Source of the DNA: Acidobacteriota bacterium
GTDB taxonomy: Bacteria > Acidobacteriota > UBA6911 > JACQSX01
Length of the DNA: 64,000 bases
Reading direction: 5' to 3'
NCBI GenBank assembly: GCA_036507075.1
Contig: DASXQR010000083.1
Coordinates: 136,883 to 200,882, forward strand
In this document: one piece after another, positions 44,335 to 53,784 of the stretch
Layout: every line of letters starts with the position of its first letter
Numbering within the stretch: position 1 is the stretch's first letter
Notes under the pieces: generated by a model
Seen by the model: only the letters and a program-made list of their open reading frames with translations
The model's database searches: none
What the model was told of the DNA's origin: nothing
Made by a program: the position numbers and the translations under genes

Positions 44335-44465
44335 GGCAACATGCCCGTCTACGGCCGGCTTCGATTCGGTTGCGGCTCTGATGGTAGAGTCGACCCCCCT
44401 TGGGAATGAGCGCGAATTACAGAATACCGAAGTGGCAATCTGGAGAGTCCCTCTTCGGTTGAGTT

Positions 44466-44933
44466 TTAAAGGTATCCCGGCGGTCGATTTTTGTTCACCA
44501 CTGCCGGCGCGACTTCGATCTTGTCCGCAATGGCTTGCGGGATGGGAATGCCTGTCATTTTGCCGTCGGCTTTGTCGCGCTTCACGCAGGCGACGGCGAG
44601 TGTTCCACGCGCGACTTCTTTCGGCGGATTATCGTTCATCTTTCGAAAGATGAATGTGTAGACAATCCCCCTTTCATTCTTCTCCCGCACCAGAAGAGAG
44701 ATTTCCACGACATCTTCAAACCGGAGCGGATGTTTGAAGTCGCACTCCGCATGCACGCGCGGCCAACCGAGTGTCTCGTTGAATCCCGTCGTATGAATCG
44801 AAAAGCCCAGGGACCGAAAAAATGCATGTTCGGCTGCTTCCATAAATCGGAAGAAGTTCGAAAAATGCATGATTCCGGCCATGTCGGTGTCCGAGAATTC
44901 CACCTGCCGGGTTAACTTGAATTCGTAAGCCAT
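44466..44933 (-). CDS. Hotdog-fold acyl-CoA thioesterase (4HBT/YbgC-like)
   Basis: VEFSDTDMAGIMHFSNF, PLRFED. Confidence 0.88.
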   Translation of the reverse strand: MAYEFKLTRQVEFSDTDMAGIMHFSNFFRFMEAAEHAFFRSLGFSIHTTGFNETLGWPRVHAECDFKHPLRFEDVVEISLLVREKNERGIVYTFIFRKMNDNPPKEVARGTLAVACVKRDKADGKMTGIPIPQAIADKIEVAPAVVNKNRPPGYL

Positions 44934-44942
44934 CGGTTTTGA

Positions 44943-46196
44943 TTACCTTTCGCTCAATGGTTTTCCGAGCGCCAGCGGTTCCGGGAGTTTTGCAAACTCT
45001 GCCAGACCGTCAAACAACGGTTGAAATTCCCTAAAGAGGTTGCCGATGAGGCAGTCGGTGAGATCGCCTTTGAGATGCGGGAATTCATTTACAAACTCGC
45101 GAAAACTGAACTCATGGTCATAGAACGCGTAGATGAGCTTTCTCATGGCCTCGATACCTTTACAGAGCTCATCGCCGTAATCGCTGAATTGCGACGCGGA
45201 AACGTCGCCGGACGCAAGCGCCCTGTCCACGGCATCGGCGGCAATCTCACCGCTGCGAAGCGCCAGAAACACCCCTGACGAAAACACCGGATCGAGAAAG
45301 GCAAAGGCGTCCCCCACCAGTATCAGCCCGTCGACGGCGCAGTGCCGGGAACGATACGAATATTCCGCCGTGACCCAATACTGCCCGGTCTGCCGCCCGG
45401 AAGCGAGGTGCCGCTGTATCCAGGCGTTATTCACCACTTCGCTTTGAAAAATAGCCGCCAGGTCTCTCGAGTTCCTGTACAGATATGTCTTTTCGGCGAC
45501 AACCCCGACACTGACTGTGTCCTCGGGGAGTGGGATGTACCAGAACCATCCCTTCTCGGGAAGGTAGGCCACCGTTGTGGCGCCCTCATCCAGTCCCGGA
45601 TCCCGCAGAGCTCCTTTGTAGTAGGTCCAAATGGCGATTTTGTTCAGGTAGGGGTCCCGCACTTTCCATCCGTTGCGTGCCAGCACCAGGGCATCGCGCC
45701 CGCTGGCGTCAATAGTTATGGGAGCGTGGAATTCCTGTGCCTCGCCGTCCTTGCCGACGGCCTTCACTCCGACGACAACGCCATTCTGCTTAATCGTGTC
45801 GCGCACCATGGTCTCCTCGAGAACTTCGGCGCCGCGCGCGCGCGCGTTGTCCAGCAGCATCTGGTCGAACTCGCTGCGCAGCACCTGCCAGGTGGTGGAA
45901 GCTTCATGTTGAAGGTGCTGGAAAAAATAAAACGGGTGCGACGCATGGCCGTCGATGTTGACAAACTGGACGCTGTACTTTTTGGGAAAATGAGAAGTCT
46001 TCATCCGGTCGATGACGCCCAGGCGCTCCAGCGGAAAATAACAGTAGGGCATGAGCGACTCGCCGATGTGATAACGGGGAAATTTTTCCCTTTCCAGTAT
46101 CAGCACGCGGCGGCCCTTTGCCGCGAGAACCGCGGCGGTTGTTGATCCGGCCGGCCCGCCTCCAATTACAACCGCGTCGTAGAGCTTTGATGTCAT
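44943..46196 (-). CDS. FAD-dependent halogenase-like oxidoreductase
   Basis: GGGPAG, FPRYHIGES, WFWYIP (WxWxIP), GDA..FLDPVFSSG. Confidence 0.82.
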   Translation of the reverse strand: MTSKLYDAVVIGGGPAGSTTAAVLAAKGRRVLILEREKFPRYHIGESLMPYCYFPLERLGVIDRMKTSHFPKKYSVQFVNIDGHASHPFYFFQHLQHEASTTWQVLRSEFDQMLLDNARARGAEVLEETMVRDTIKQNGVVVGVKAVGKDGEAQEFHAPITIDASGRDALVLARNGWKVRDPYLNKIAIWTYYKGALRDPGLDEGATTVAYLPEKGWFWYIPLPEDTVSVGVVAEKTYLYRNSRDLAAIFQSEVVNNAWIQRHLASGRQTGQYWVTAEYSYRSRHCAVDGLILVGDAFAFLDPVFSSGVFLALRSGEIAADAVDRALASGDVSASQFSDYGDELCKGIEAMRKLIYAFYDHEFSFREFVNEFPHLKGDLTDCLIGNLFREFQPLFDGLAEFAKLPEPLALGKPLSER

Positions 46197-46229
46197 GTCG
46201 TTAAATTGAATGGCAACGGTCGGGCATCG

Positions 46230-47558
46230 TCACGCATAACGCGCGTTGCGATGTTCGGGAAGGAAAAACTCATGCAGCAGCCAATCGACCCGCAGCAGGC
46301 CGTCCCGGTTTAGCTGCAGACCGTTCTCATCCAAAGTCAAGAAACCACGCTCTTGCAGCTTGCTCAGGGAATCGGCGAATCGTCGTTGAATGTCGACCGC
46401 GAATTTGTTTTGAAAGTACGCCCTGTGAACATGTCCTAGCTTCATTTGAAGAATCAGCTCGCGAATCATGCGCTCTTCCCGGGTGGGCGTCAAAGCGCGG
46501 TAAATAGGGAGCGCGCCCTGACGCAGTTTGGCGATATAAGGTCCGAATTCGTGCTCATTTTGAAAATGAGTCCCGCCGACATGTGAGAACGAGGCGACAC
46601 CCAACCCGATCATGTCCGCGCCGGTCCATAAAAGGTCCCGATAAAGAAAACGCGCCCGCGACGGGTCCTTGACCGCCGTATAGGCGCTGCTGATGCTGTA
46701 GCCGGCCTTTTCCAATTCCGTAAAAGCGAAATTGACCCAGTCGCGCTTGGTGTTCCAACCGGCTACAGGCGGAACGGACTTGTCCTGCGCCTTCATTTCC
46801 TTAAAGATGGTCGTATTGTAAGGAATTTCCATCTGGTAAATGGTAACGCTGTCGGGCGCCAATGAGATCGTTTCGCGCACGCATTCCCGCCAATTTGCGG
46901 CCGTTTCCCCGATCATACCGGCGATCAGGTCGACGTTAATTTGAGGAAATCCGATCGAGCGCGCGAATTCATAGGATCGGTAGATCTCCTTGGATCGGTG
47001 CGCTCGCCCGTTGATCTCGAGGATATGGTCATCGAAATTTTCAATTCCCAGGCTGAGACGCGTGACGCCCAGGTCTTTGATCACTTTGAGCTTGCCTTCG
47101 GTTATGGTGCCGGGCTCGCATTCAAAAGTGACTTCTTCCGCCTCCTCCCAGGGCAGCAGCTTTTGCATGGCGTCCACGACCCGGCTGAGCTGCCGGGCCG
47201 AAATGAATGAGGGCGTGCCGCCTCCGAAGTAAATAAACTTTGGCTTCCTTCCGCCGATGAAACGCTTTTGCGAGTAAAGGGTCAGCTCCTGGATGGCGGC
47301 ATCGAGATAATGCTGAATCTCGGTCGCGTCCTTGTCGGTGTAAACTTTGAAATAGCAAAAATGACACCGTTTACGGCAGAACGGAATGTGAACGTAAATA
47401 CCCAGCGGGGTTTCAGGCGCCGGCGCGCGATCCAGGGCCGCGTAGGCTTCGCCCACGTGGTCCGGCGTCCAGAAAGAGTATGGCGGATAGTTGGAGATGA
47501 AATAACTGCCAACCGTGCTCTCTTCTTCCAGAAATAAACCTTCCGGTTGTTTGTTCAT
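46230..47558 (-). CDS. HemN-like (class C) radical SAM protein
   Basis: YVHIPFCRKRCHFCYF (CxxxCxxC), YFGGGTPS, RLSLG, NVDLIAG. Confidence 0.88.
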   Translation of the reverse strand: MNKQPEGLFLEEESTVGSYFISNYPPYSFWTPDHVGEAYAALDRAPAPETPLGIYVHIPFCRKRCHFCYFKVYTDKDATEIQHYLDAAIQELTLYSQKRFIGGRKPKFIYFGGGTPSFISARQLSRVVDAMQKLLPWEEAEEVTFECEPGTITEGKLKVIKDLGVTRLSLGIENFDDHILEINGRAHRSKEIYRSYEFARSIGFPQINVDLIAGMIGETAANWRECVRETISLAPDSVTIYQMEIPYNTTIFKEMKAQDKSVPPVAGWNTKRDWVNFAFTELEKAGYSISSAYTAVKDPSRARFLYRDLLWTGADMIGLGVASFSHVGGTHFQNEHEFGPYIAKLRQGALPIYRALTPTREERMIRELILQMKLGHVHRAYFQNKFAVDIQRRFADSLSKLQERGFLTLDENGLQLNRDGLLRVDWLLHEFFLPEHRNARYA

Positions 47559-47755
47559 CGCAAATCTTTCCCCAATACCGCAGCACGTTTGCGCCTCGAG
47601 TTACACACAGAAACTTCACGCGCAGACCCAGCCGTTTATTGTAACATTGGCAGCCCCATCCGGGCGATGGGTCGGGTAGATCGCAAGAAACCGAAGCTGG
47701 CCGAAGAAATTGCCGCCCATAAAGTGGCAGCACAACTGCTATTTCCCTTCGCCAT

Positions 47756-48280
47756 ATGCTGACACTGGTTCGACATCTTTTCGCCGTCGCGGTGCTTCCA
47801 TTCACGGTGGCCGTTCTGATCCCGTTGTGGATTGCTCGTCAATACCATGTGGCTGTGGTTGTGGGAGCGAACGCACTTGAACTTGTGACTCAGCTCGTTG
47901 GAATCGCCTTTGTGGCCATCGGGCTTTTGCTCTTTGGTGAGTCGCTTCGACATTTTGTCGTGAAAGGCCACGGGACCCTTGCACCCTGGGACCCGCCGAA
48001 GCACCTGGTTGTCGACGGCCCGTATCGGTACGTCCGGAATCCGATGATCTCGGGTGTGCTCTTCGTCTTGTTTGGTGAGGCGCTCGTTCTTCTCTCGTGG
48101 CCTCACGCCCGGTGGGCGCTACTGTTCCTCTGCATCAACCTGATCTACATCCCGCTCCTGGAGGAGCCGCTGCTTCAGGCTCGGTTCGGCGATTCTTATC
48201 GCAATTACCGCCACCACGTGCGTCGCTTCATTCCGCGGCTGCGGCCATGGCCCCCTCGTGACCGCGGAAATGATAATTAG
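47756..48280 (+). CDS. Isoprenylcysteine carboxylmethyltransferase-family membrane protein
   Basis: GTLAPWDPP, LVVDGPYRYVRNPM, EEP.L.RFG..Y..Y...V.RFIP. Confidence 0.85.
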   Translation: MLTLVRHLFAVAVLPFTVAVLIPLWIARQYHVAVVVGANALELVTQLVGIAFVAIGLLLFGESLRHFVVKGHGTLAPWDPPKHLVVDGPYRYVRNPMISGVLFVLFGEALVLLSWPHARWALLFLCINLIYIPLLEEPLLQARFGDSYRNYRHHVRRFIPRLRPWPPRDRGNDN

Positions 48281-48283
48281 CAG

Positions 48284-48420
48284 CGAGCCACGAAGCCACG
48301 AAGCCACGAAGATCGGACGGTTTGTTGGAAGTGGCACTTCAGCATTCACCCATAACATTAAGCAGGAGTGCAACTCAAACCCATGTCGCCCTCTTCGTGG
48401 CTTCGTGGCTTCGTGGCTCG
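48284..48420. repeat. (GCCACGAA)3 inverted hairpin
   Basis: Perfect 29-bp arms at 48284-48312 and 48392-48420. Confidence 0.93.
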
Positions 48421-48458
48421 ACGTGCTGCCGACTCGTTGCCGGATCAGAAACAGCGCG

Positions 48459-49213
48459 TCACTTGCCAACCATCCTGTTTTCATTCTCGAAAAACAGCGG
48501 CTTGCGCTTTGCCGGATGATTTCCTGTCTCATCCATGGTGCGCGCGTCGAACATTCGTCCGTTGATGATTGTGTAACGCACCGTCTCACTGTTGCGAATG
48601 TCCTGCAGCGGATCCTTTTCCAGCACTATCACATCAGCCAGTTTGCCGGCCTTGAGCGATCCCAGGTCCCTGTCCATACCCAGATAGCGGGCGCCATTTA
48701 GCGTGGCGCAGCGCAGAGCCTGCAACGCCGTCATGCCGCCCTGAACAAAAGACCAAAGTTCCCAGTGCGCGCCCAATCCCTGCATCTGGCCATGTGCTCC
48801 CAGTTGAACGCTCACGCCGCGGTCCGAGAGCTCTTTGGCAATGCGCGCGTTGGAGATGTGGTTGAAATCATCCTCGGGTACGAGCATTCGACGGCGCGAG
48901 CGGGGATCGACAATGCGCCGCGGGACAAACGACAACAACCTTTCGTTTTTCCCACACATTGCTGTGTTGATACCAGTAGTTCTCGCCGAAGATTCCACCG
49001 TATCCGACGATCAATGTCGGTGTATAACCGGTCTGACTTGCCGCCCATAGTGCGAGCACGTCCTTGTAAATGCGGGCCGCCTTCCATCGTGATCACCTGC
49101 GCCGCACCGAAGTGCACGGTCGAGAGAAGCAGAAGCAGCACCACTGGAGCGACCCACAATCGGCGCGTACCGGAAGAACGTCTGAGCCGGGGCAAAAATT
49201 CTCGTGGATTCAT
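48459..49213 (-). pseudogene. Internally deleted, frameshifted exported amidohydrolase
   Basis: Signal peptide, then in other frames YTPTLIVGYGG...ENYWY and GAHGQMQGLGAHWE...GKLAD; frameshift in the T5 run at 48946-48950. Confidence 0.8.
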
Positions 49214-49219
49214 AGGATC

Positions 49220-49328
49220 AAATGCGGATTTCGGAATGCGGAATGTGGAATATGAGAGTGAATTGGTGTCAGCTTCGCAGTTTTAGCCTGGAAATATTCC
49301 GCATTCCCCCATTCCGAAATCCGCATTT
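49220..49328. repeat. Inverted GAATGCG / CGCATTC 7-mer arrays
   Basis: AAATGCGGATTTCGGAATG...CATTCCGAAATCCGCATTT. Confidence 0.88.
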
Positions 49329-49336
49329 ATATTTCG

Positions 49337-49786
49337 TTATTTAGTCGGCATGATAATTACGCGGCGGTTGTCCCCAAAGCCCTGGCTTTCGGTTTTCACC
49401 TGCGGGTCTTCCACCAGCGTCAAATGAACGATGCGTCGCTCGCTGGCCGGCATAGGCTGGAGAGGAAAAGGGCGCTGGGAAATCTTCACTTTCTCTGCAG
49501 CCTTCTTGGCGAGCAGTTCCAGCTCATATGAGCGGAGCGCCCGAAAGTCATTGCAGTCCAAAAGGATTCGCGACTCCTCTCTGTCGCCAAAAATCAGATT
49601 TACCAGGTATTCGATCGAATAGAGAACCTTGCCGCCGTTGGCCAGCAGCATGTCGATCTCCTCCTCACCGTGGATATCCAGGATTTCCTGGCCGTCCTTG
49701 TTCTTCCAGTCCAGGCTCGCTTTGACTCCGAAGTGATGCAGTATCTTGCCTACAAAAGCACTCGCTTCCTCTTTTCTTTCAAACAT
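49337..49786 (-). CDS. jag: Jag/KhpB-like KH-R3H RNA-binding protein lacking the Jag_N domain
   Basis: ERRIVH (R3H), TESQG..RRV; last gene of the rpmH block. Confidence 0.8.
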   Translation of the reverse strand: MFERKEEASAFVGKILHHFGVKASLDWKNKDGQEILDIHGEEEIDMLLANGGKVLYSIEYLVNLIFGDREESRILLDCNDFRALRSYELELLAKKAAEKVKISQRPFPLQPMPASERRIVHLTLVEDPQVKTESQGFGDNRRVIIMPTK

Positions 49787-49789
49787 AGG

Positions 49790-51445
49790 TTATTCCTTAT
49801 CTGTCTTTCCACCGCGTCGCCCGGGCTTGGGCGACGGCGCCGGAACCGGCATCCACTTCTCGGCCGCTTTCTGCAGGGCCATGCCGAACAGGTTGCTGAA
49901 TAAGAAGTAGATTACCAGCCCGCTGGGAAACTTAAAAAACATAAAGACGAATATAAACGGCATCATGTTCATCATGCGCGCCTGAGCCGGATCGGTGGTC
50001 GTCTGCGGTGTCATGCGCTGCTGCAGGTACATGGTCACGCCCATCAGAACCGGGGTCACATAATAGGGATCCATACGGGAAAGATCGCGAATCCATAATA
50101 TGAAGGGCGCGCCGCGCAGCTCTATCGTGGAAGCAAGCATTGAATTGAAGGCAAACAGAAAAGGCATCTGGATCAGCAGCGGCAGACAGCCGCCGAGAGG
50201 GTTAATCCCGTTCTGCTTGTACAGGTTCATGATTTCGGCATTCATTTCCTGTCGCTTCGGATCGGTGCGCTTGTACTTTTTGTAGCGATCCTGGATGGAC
50301 CGCATCTGCGGCTGAATAGCCTGCATTTTCTTCATCGATACCATCTGTTTGTAGCGCACCGGGAACAGCGCAAGGCTGATGATCAGCGTCAGCAGGATGA
50401 TCGCAAAACCCCAGTTTTGAACATACTGGTGGATCAGTTTAAGTGAGAAAATCAGCGGCTTTACCAGCAGGGCAAACCAGCCGTAGTCGATAACGCTGCT
50501 GAGGCCCGGCGCCACGCCGTTTAACAACTCATAATCCTTGGGTCCCAGAAAGAACCGCACCGGTTTGGCGCCCAACGGATAAAAAATCTGGTAATAGGGA
50601 ACAAAGAGCCCGCCGCCTTGCCTGATGTCAAACCGCTGCATGCGAAGTGAAGGGAATGCTTCGGCGCTGACTCCCAGTACGGCAAAATACTTGGTATCGA
50701 AGCCCGCCCAGTCCACCGGCTCCGAATAATTATGGTTCTTTCCTTTGGCAAAACCGGATCGCTCGACTCGTCCGCCATGGCTCACAATCACCTCACGCAC
50801 TTCAAAGTCCGTCTCCGGTTCGCCGGCCTCAGTTCCAATGTCGGGGCCGACTGAGACAGCCAGAGCGCGGGGCTGGCCTGCGATCCAAAGGCGTCCGGAA
50901 ACTTCGATCGCATAGAGGTTGGGCTCGAATGCCATCTTCTTTTCCACTGCGATCCCGCCGTCGGAATAGGCGAACAAAAGCTCAATGGGCGGCATGAAGC
51001 TGGACTGCTGCGCCGGCAGGTTTCCGACTCGCAGCTCGTACACGGCATTGCTGAGGCGCTGCGTCAGCGAAGGACTGCCGGGAACCTCCAAAGCCAGATA
51101 GGGCAAACCTTGCGGCGGGATTTTCTGCGGCACCAGCTCCAGCGGCTCGTGGGACTTGCTCATGAATTTCTTGAGGCGAAAGCTTCTCAGGACACCACCC
51201 TGTGTATCAACCGCGGCGCGGTAGAGGGCATTTTCAATCACTACGGTGCGACGAGTGCCGGCGGTCTTTACATTGTCCATCGGCGCAGGCGCCGGCGGCG
51301 GGAGCGGGGGCGGCGCGGGTTTGGCGGCAACCGGTTTAGCTTCCGGGGCGGGCTGCGGCGGATAGAGCTTGCGCATCGCATATTGCGTTCCCAGCAGGAT
51401 CGCGATTGAGAGTACTACTGCAATCAGCAGGCGTCGTTCTTCCAT
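49790..51445 (-). CDS. yidC: Membrane protein insertase
   Basis: MEERRLL, GPK, IDYGWF, GCLPLLIQMP, WIRDLS.DP, PSGLVIY. Confidence 0.95.
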   Translation of the reverse strand: MEERRLLIAVVLSIAILLGTQYAMRKLYPPQPAPEAKPVAAKPAPPPLPPPAPAPMDNVKTAGTRRTVVIENALYRAAVDTQGGVLRSFRLKKFMSKSHEPLELVPQKIPPQGLPYLALEVPGSPSLTQRLSNAVYELRVGNLPAQQSSFMPPIELLFAYSDGGIAVEKKMAFEPNLYAIEVSGRLWIAGQPRALAVSVGPDIGTEAGEPETDFEVREVIVSHGGRVERSGFAKGKNHNYSEPVDWAGFDTKYFAVLGVSAEAFPSLRMQRFDIRQGGGLFVPYYQIFYPLGAKPVRFFLGPKDYELLNGVAPGLSSVIDYGWFALLVKPLIFSLKLIHQYVQNWGFAIILLTLIISLALFPVRYKQMVSMKKMQAIQPQMRSIQDRYKKYKRTDPKRQEMNAEIMNLYKQNGINPLGGCLPLLIQMPFLFAFNSMLASTIELRGAPFILWIRDLSRMDPYYVTPVLMGVTMYLQQRMTPQTTTDPAQARMMNMMPFIFVFMFFKFPSGLVIYFLFSNLFGMALQKAAEKWMPVPAPSPKPGRRGGKTDKE

Positions 51446-51657
51446 CAGATTACCGGATCGTAACCGCCGCGAGAAAACGGATGACAGCGCAGCACCCGCT
51501 TGATTCCCAGGTAGGTTCCCGTAAGGACGCCCTTCTTCTGCACGGCCTGATAGAAGTATTCCGAACACGTGGGCACAAACCTGCAGGAAACAGGCAGGAG
51601 CGGCGACAGGAAACGCTTATAGGCTGTCAGCAGAAAAAGTATAAGGCGCTTAATCAT
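51445..51657 (-). CDS. yidD: Membrane protein insertion efficiency factor
   Basis: CRFVPTCSEY, RCHPF.RGGYDPV. Confidence 0.95.
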   Translation of the reverse strand: MIKRLILFLLTAYKRFLSPLLPVSCRFVPTCSEYFYQAVQKKGVLTGTYLGIKRVLRCHPFSRGGYDPVI

Positions 51658-52022
51658 CAGATGGAGTTGGAGCGCTTCCCCAGGCGACCCAGCACGTTTT
51701 GGAATTCCTCGCGCAGCGGGGCAAATTCCACCTGAGCCGCGCCTTTTCGGGCATTGATCACCAGGTCCATGGACGGAAGGTTGGCAGGCTTGTCACGCCT
51801 GAATATTTCGCGCAAGCGCCGTTTCACTCGATTGCGCGCCACGGCGTTTCCTATTTTCCTGGAAACGGTAATTCCCAGCCGGTGAAACGGCAGGTTGTTC
51901 TCCATGGCGTATAACACAAAAGTCCGCGATTGAATCTTTTTGCCCTTGTCATAGACGGCCAGAAACTCCCGCCTTTTTGCCATGCGCTGGCGGCGGGGGA
52001 GGCGCTCGTTAACATTAGCCAC
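51657..52022 (-). CDS. rnpA: Ribonuclease P protein component
   Basis: [25 protein letters not shown]. Confidence 0.95.
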   Translation of the reverse strand: MANVNERLPRRQRMAKRREFLAVYDKGKKIQSRTFVLYAMENNLPFHRLGITVSRKIGNAVARNRVKRRLREIFRRDKPANLPSMDLVINARKGAAQVEFAPLREEFQNVLGRLGKRSNSI

Positions 52023-52155
52023 TAACCGTCAGCCTCTGACGCCCTTTGGAACGCCGGCGTTTCAGTACGTCCTTACCGCCTTTTGTCGCCATCCGTTCCC
52101 GAAACCCGTGTGTCTTCTTCCGCCGGCGATTGTTCGGCTGAAATGTGCGTTTCAT
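52015..52155 (-). CDS. rpmH: 50S ribosomal protein L34
   Basis: Not in the ORF track. Manual translation: [46 protein letters not shown]. Confidence 0.97.
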   Translation of the reverse strand: MKRTFQPNNRRRKKTHGFRERMATKGGKDVLKRRRSKGRQRLTVSG

Positions 52156-52268
52156 AGAGAGTTCGCTCCTGATTTTGAGAAAACCCCAATCTTAGCCGCC
52201 GTCCGGCAAGACTGTCAATTCAAGTTGACGAGTAGTGATCTAGTTTGACTGCCAGTCGGGAAAGTGAT

Positions 52269-52422
52269 TTCACCACAGGGACACAGGGTTGTCGGTTGTC
52301 CGTTGCCAGTTTGTGAACTCCTGGCAACCAGTATGCAAGAACCACTGACAACGGACCACGGGCAACGGACAATTCTGTGTCCCCTGTGTCCCTGTGGTGA
52401 AGTCTTTGTTCGACTTTCGACC
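52269..52422. repeat. Nested hairpin, family C copy 1
   Basis: Outer CACAGGG/CCCTGTG arms, inner GTCCGTT/CAACGGA 7-mers, trailing TTCGACT units. Confidence 0.88.
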
Positions 52423-52473
52423 TGATTTGCCGTTATTTTCGGTAAGGTTGTATCATGATGGCGGGTAATCGAC

Positions 52474-53073
52474 ATGAAGAGATTCGGCGCATTGATTCTT
52501 GCGGCCGGCGAGTCGCGACGCATAGGATATCCAAAAGCGCTGCTGCGGTGGGAGGATCAGTCTTTCCTGGAAAAAATCATAGAAACATTGCGCGCGTCGC
52601 GCGTCGATGAGATCCACGTTGTGGTCTCGACGGCCGGCGAGGCGCTGCTGCGACAGCATCTGCACCTGCCGGGAGTGCGTTTGGTGGTGAATCCCGACCC
52701 GTCAAGGGGCCAGTTTTCTTCCCTGCAGGAGGGACTCCGAAATCTCGACGCCGACGTTGTGCTGATCTGCCTGGTAGATCATCCCAAAGTGAGTGCGTCA
52801 GTGGTGTTCGAGCTGAAGGAGGCGTGTATTGCAACGGATGCTCTGGCCGTCATTCCGCGCTTCCAGGGAAGGCGCGGGCATCCGATCGCCATCAAGAAAG
52901 ATTTAATCTCGCTGATGCTGGACGCCCCCGCCGGGGCCAGCGCCAAAGAGGTTCTGCGAACCTGCTGGGACAAAGTGATGGAGCTGGATACTAAAGACGC
53001 CGGCATCCTTGCCGACATTGACACGGCGCTGGACTATGAAGAATTCCTCGGAGAAGAGTTCCCGCACGCATAA
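52474..53073 (+). CDS. MocA/MobA-like nucleotidyltransferase
   Basis: LAAGESRRIGYPKAL, GQFSSL, LVDHP, GRRGHP, DIDT. Confidence 0.88.
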   Translation: MKRFGALILAAGESRRIGYPKALLRWEDQSFLEKIIETLRASRVDEIHVVVSTAGEALLRQHLHLPGVRLVVNPDPSRGQFSSLQEGLRNLDADVVLICLVDHPKVSASVVFELKEACIATDALAVIPRFQGRRGHPIAIKKDLISLMLDAPAGASAKEVLRTCWDKVMELDTKDAGILADIDTALDYEEFLGEEFPHA

Positions 53074-53620
53074 CCTGGAGGAGGCCGCGACCGCTGCGTT
53101 GTTCATCACGGCTGCGGGCTTTTCAATCTTCCTCGCAAGGAACCTTCAGTATCGGACGGCTTACGCGCTGGCAGCCATCCTGGTGCTGTTTGCGTCAGTG
53201 ACGGTACTCGAACTGGTGTTACGCAACAGGCCGAACAGGGCGAAACTGCTGTCGCGCATTTCGGGAATCATTTTTCTTGCTTACTTTTTCGCATTCTTTG
53301 TCGCCGGCCTGGTTCTGTGGGGCCGTTTCAGCAATCCCGTCTTTCAAACCCGGTTGCTGGTTTTTGCTGCCGCCTGCCTGGCTCTAATGGCGGCGGTACA
53401 CGCGCGCAAGCACTTCTCCGACGCGAGCTACCACCAGAAGATGCTGCACTCGAACACTTTCTATTTCGGCCTGGTCTTTGCCATGTCTGTATTCATGATG
53501 AAGTACCGCGACCCTTCCAAGGTTGACGCGATCGGAATAGTATCACTGGGTCTATTCAGTCTTCTGCAAGCCGTAACCCTGCTCAAGGCACCGCCCGCCT
53601 TAAAAAAGTCGAAAGTCTGA
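53036..53620 (+). CDS. Hypothetical multi-pass membrane protein
   Basis: About six hydrophobic segments. Confidence 0.65.
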   Translation: MKNSSEKSSRTHNLEEAATAALFITAAGFSIFLARNLQYRTAYALAAILVLFASVTVLELVLRNRPNRAKLLSRISGIIFLAYFFAFFVAGLVLWGRFSNPVFQTRLLVFAAACLALMAAVHARKHFSDASYHQKMLHSNTFYFGLVFAMSVFMMKYRDPSKVDAIGIVSLGLFSLLQAVTLLKAPPALKKSKV

Positions 53621-53770
53621 AAGTCGTCCGTTGCCAGTGGTCCGTTGTCAGTGGTCCGCTGTCAGTGACCCGTTGTCGGTGGTTCTGCATACTGCTCGTC
53701 AGGAGTGACAACTGACAACGGGCCACTGACAACGGACGACCTTCGACTTTCGACCTTTAGACTTTCGACC
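53605..53770. repeat. Nested hairpin, family C copy 2
   Basis: Outer AAAGTCG/CGACTTT units, inner GTCCGTT-GTCAGTG/CAACGG-CACTGA units; core homologous to 52269-52422. Confidence 0.9.
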
Positions 53771-53784
53771 CTTATAATGACGGC

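Noticed and set aside
44093..44653. 186-aa plus-strand ORF after the receptor
   Set aside because: It crosses repeat elements and overlaps the thioesterase antisense; unlikely to be a real gene.
46230..47558. Naming this gene hemN or hemW
   Set aside because: The family is functionally diverse and the context is not haem-related, so no symbol was assigned.
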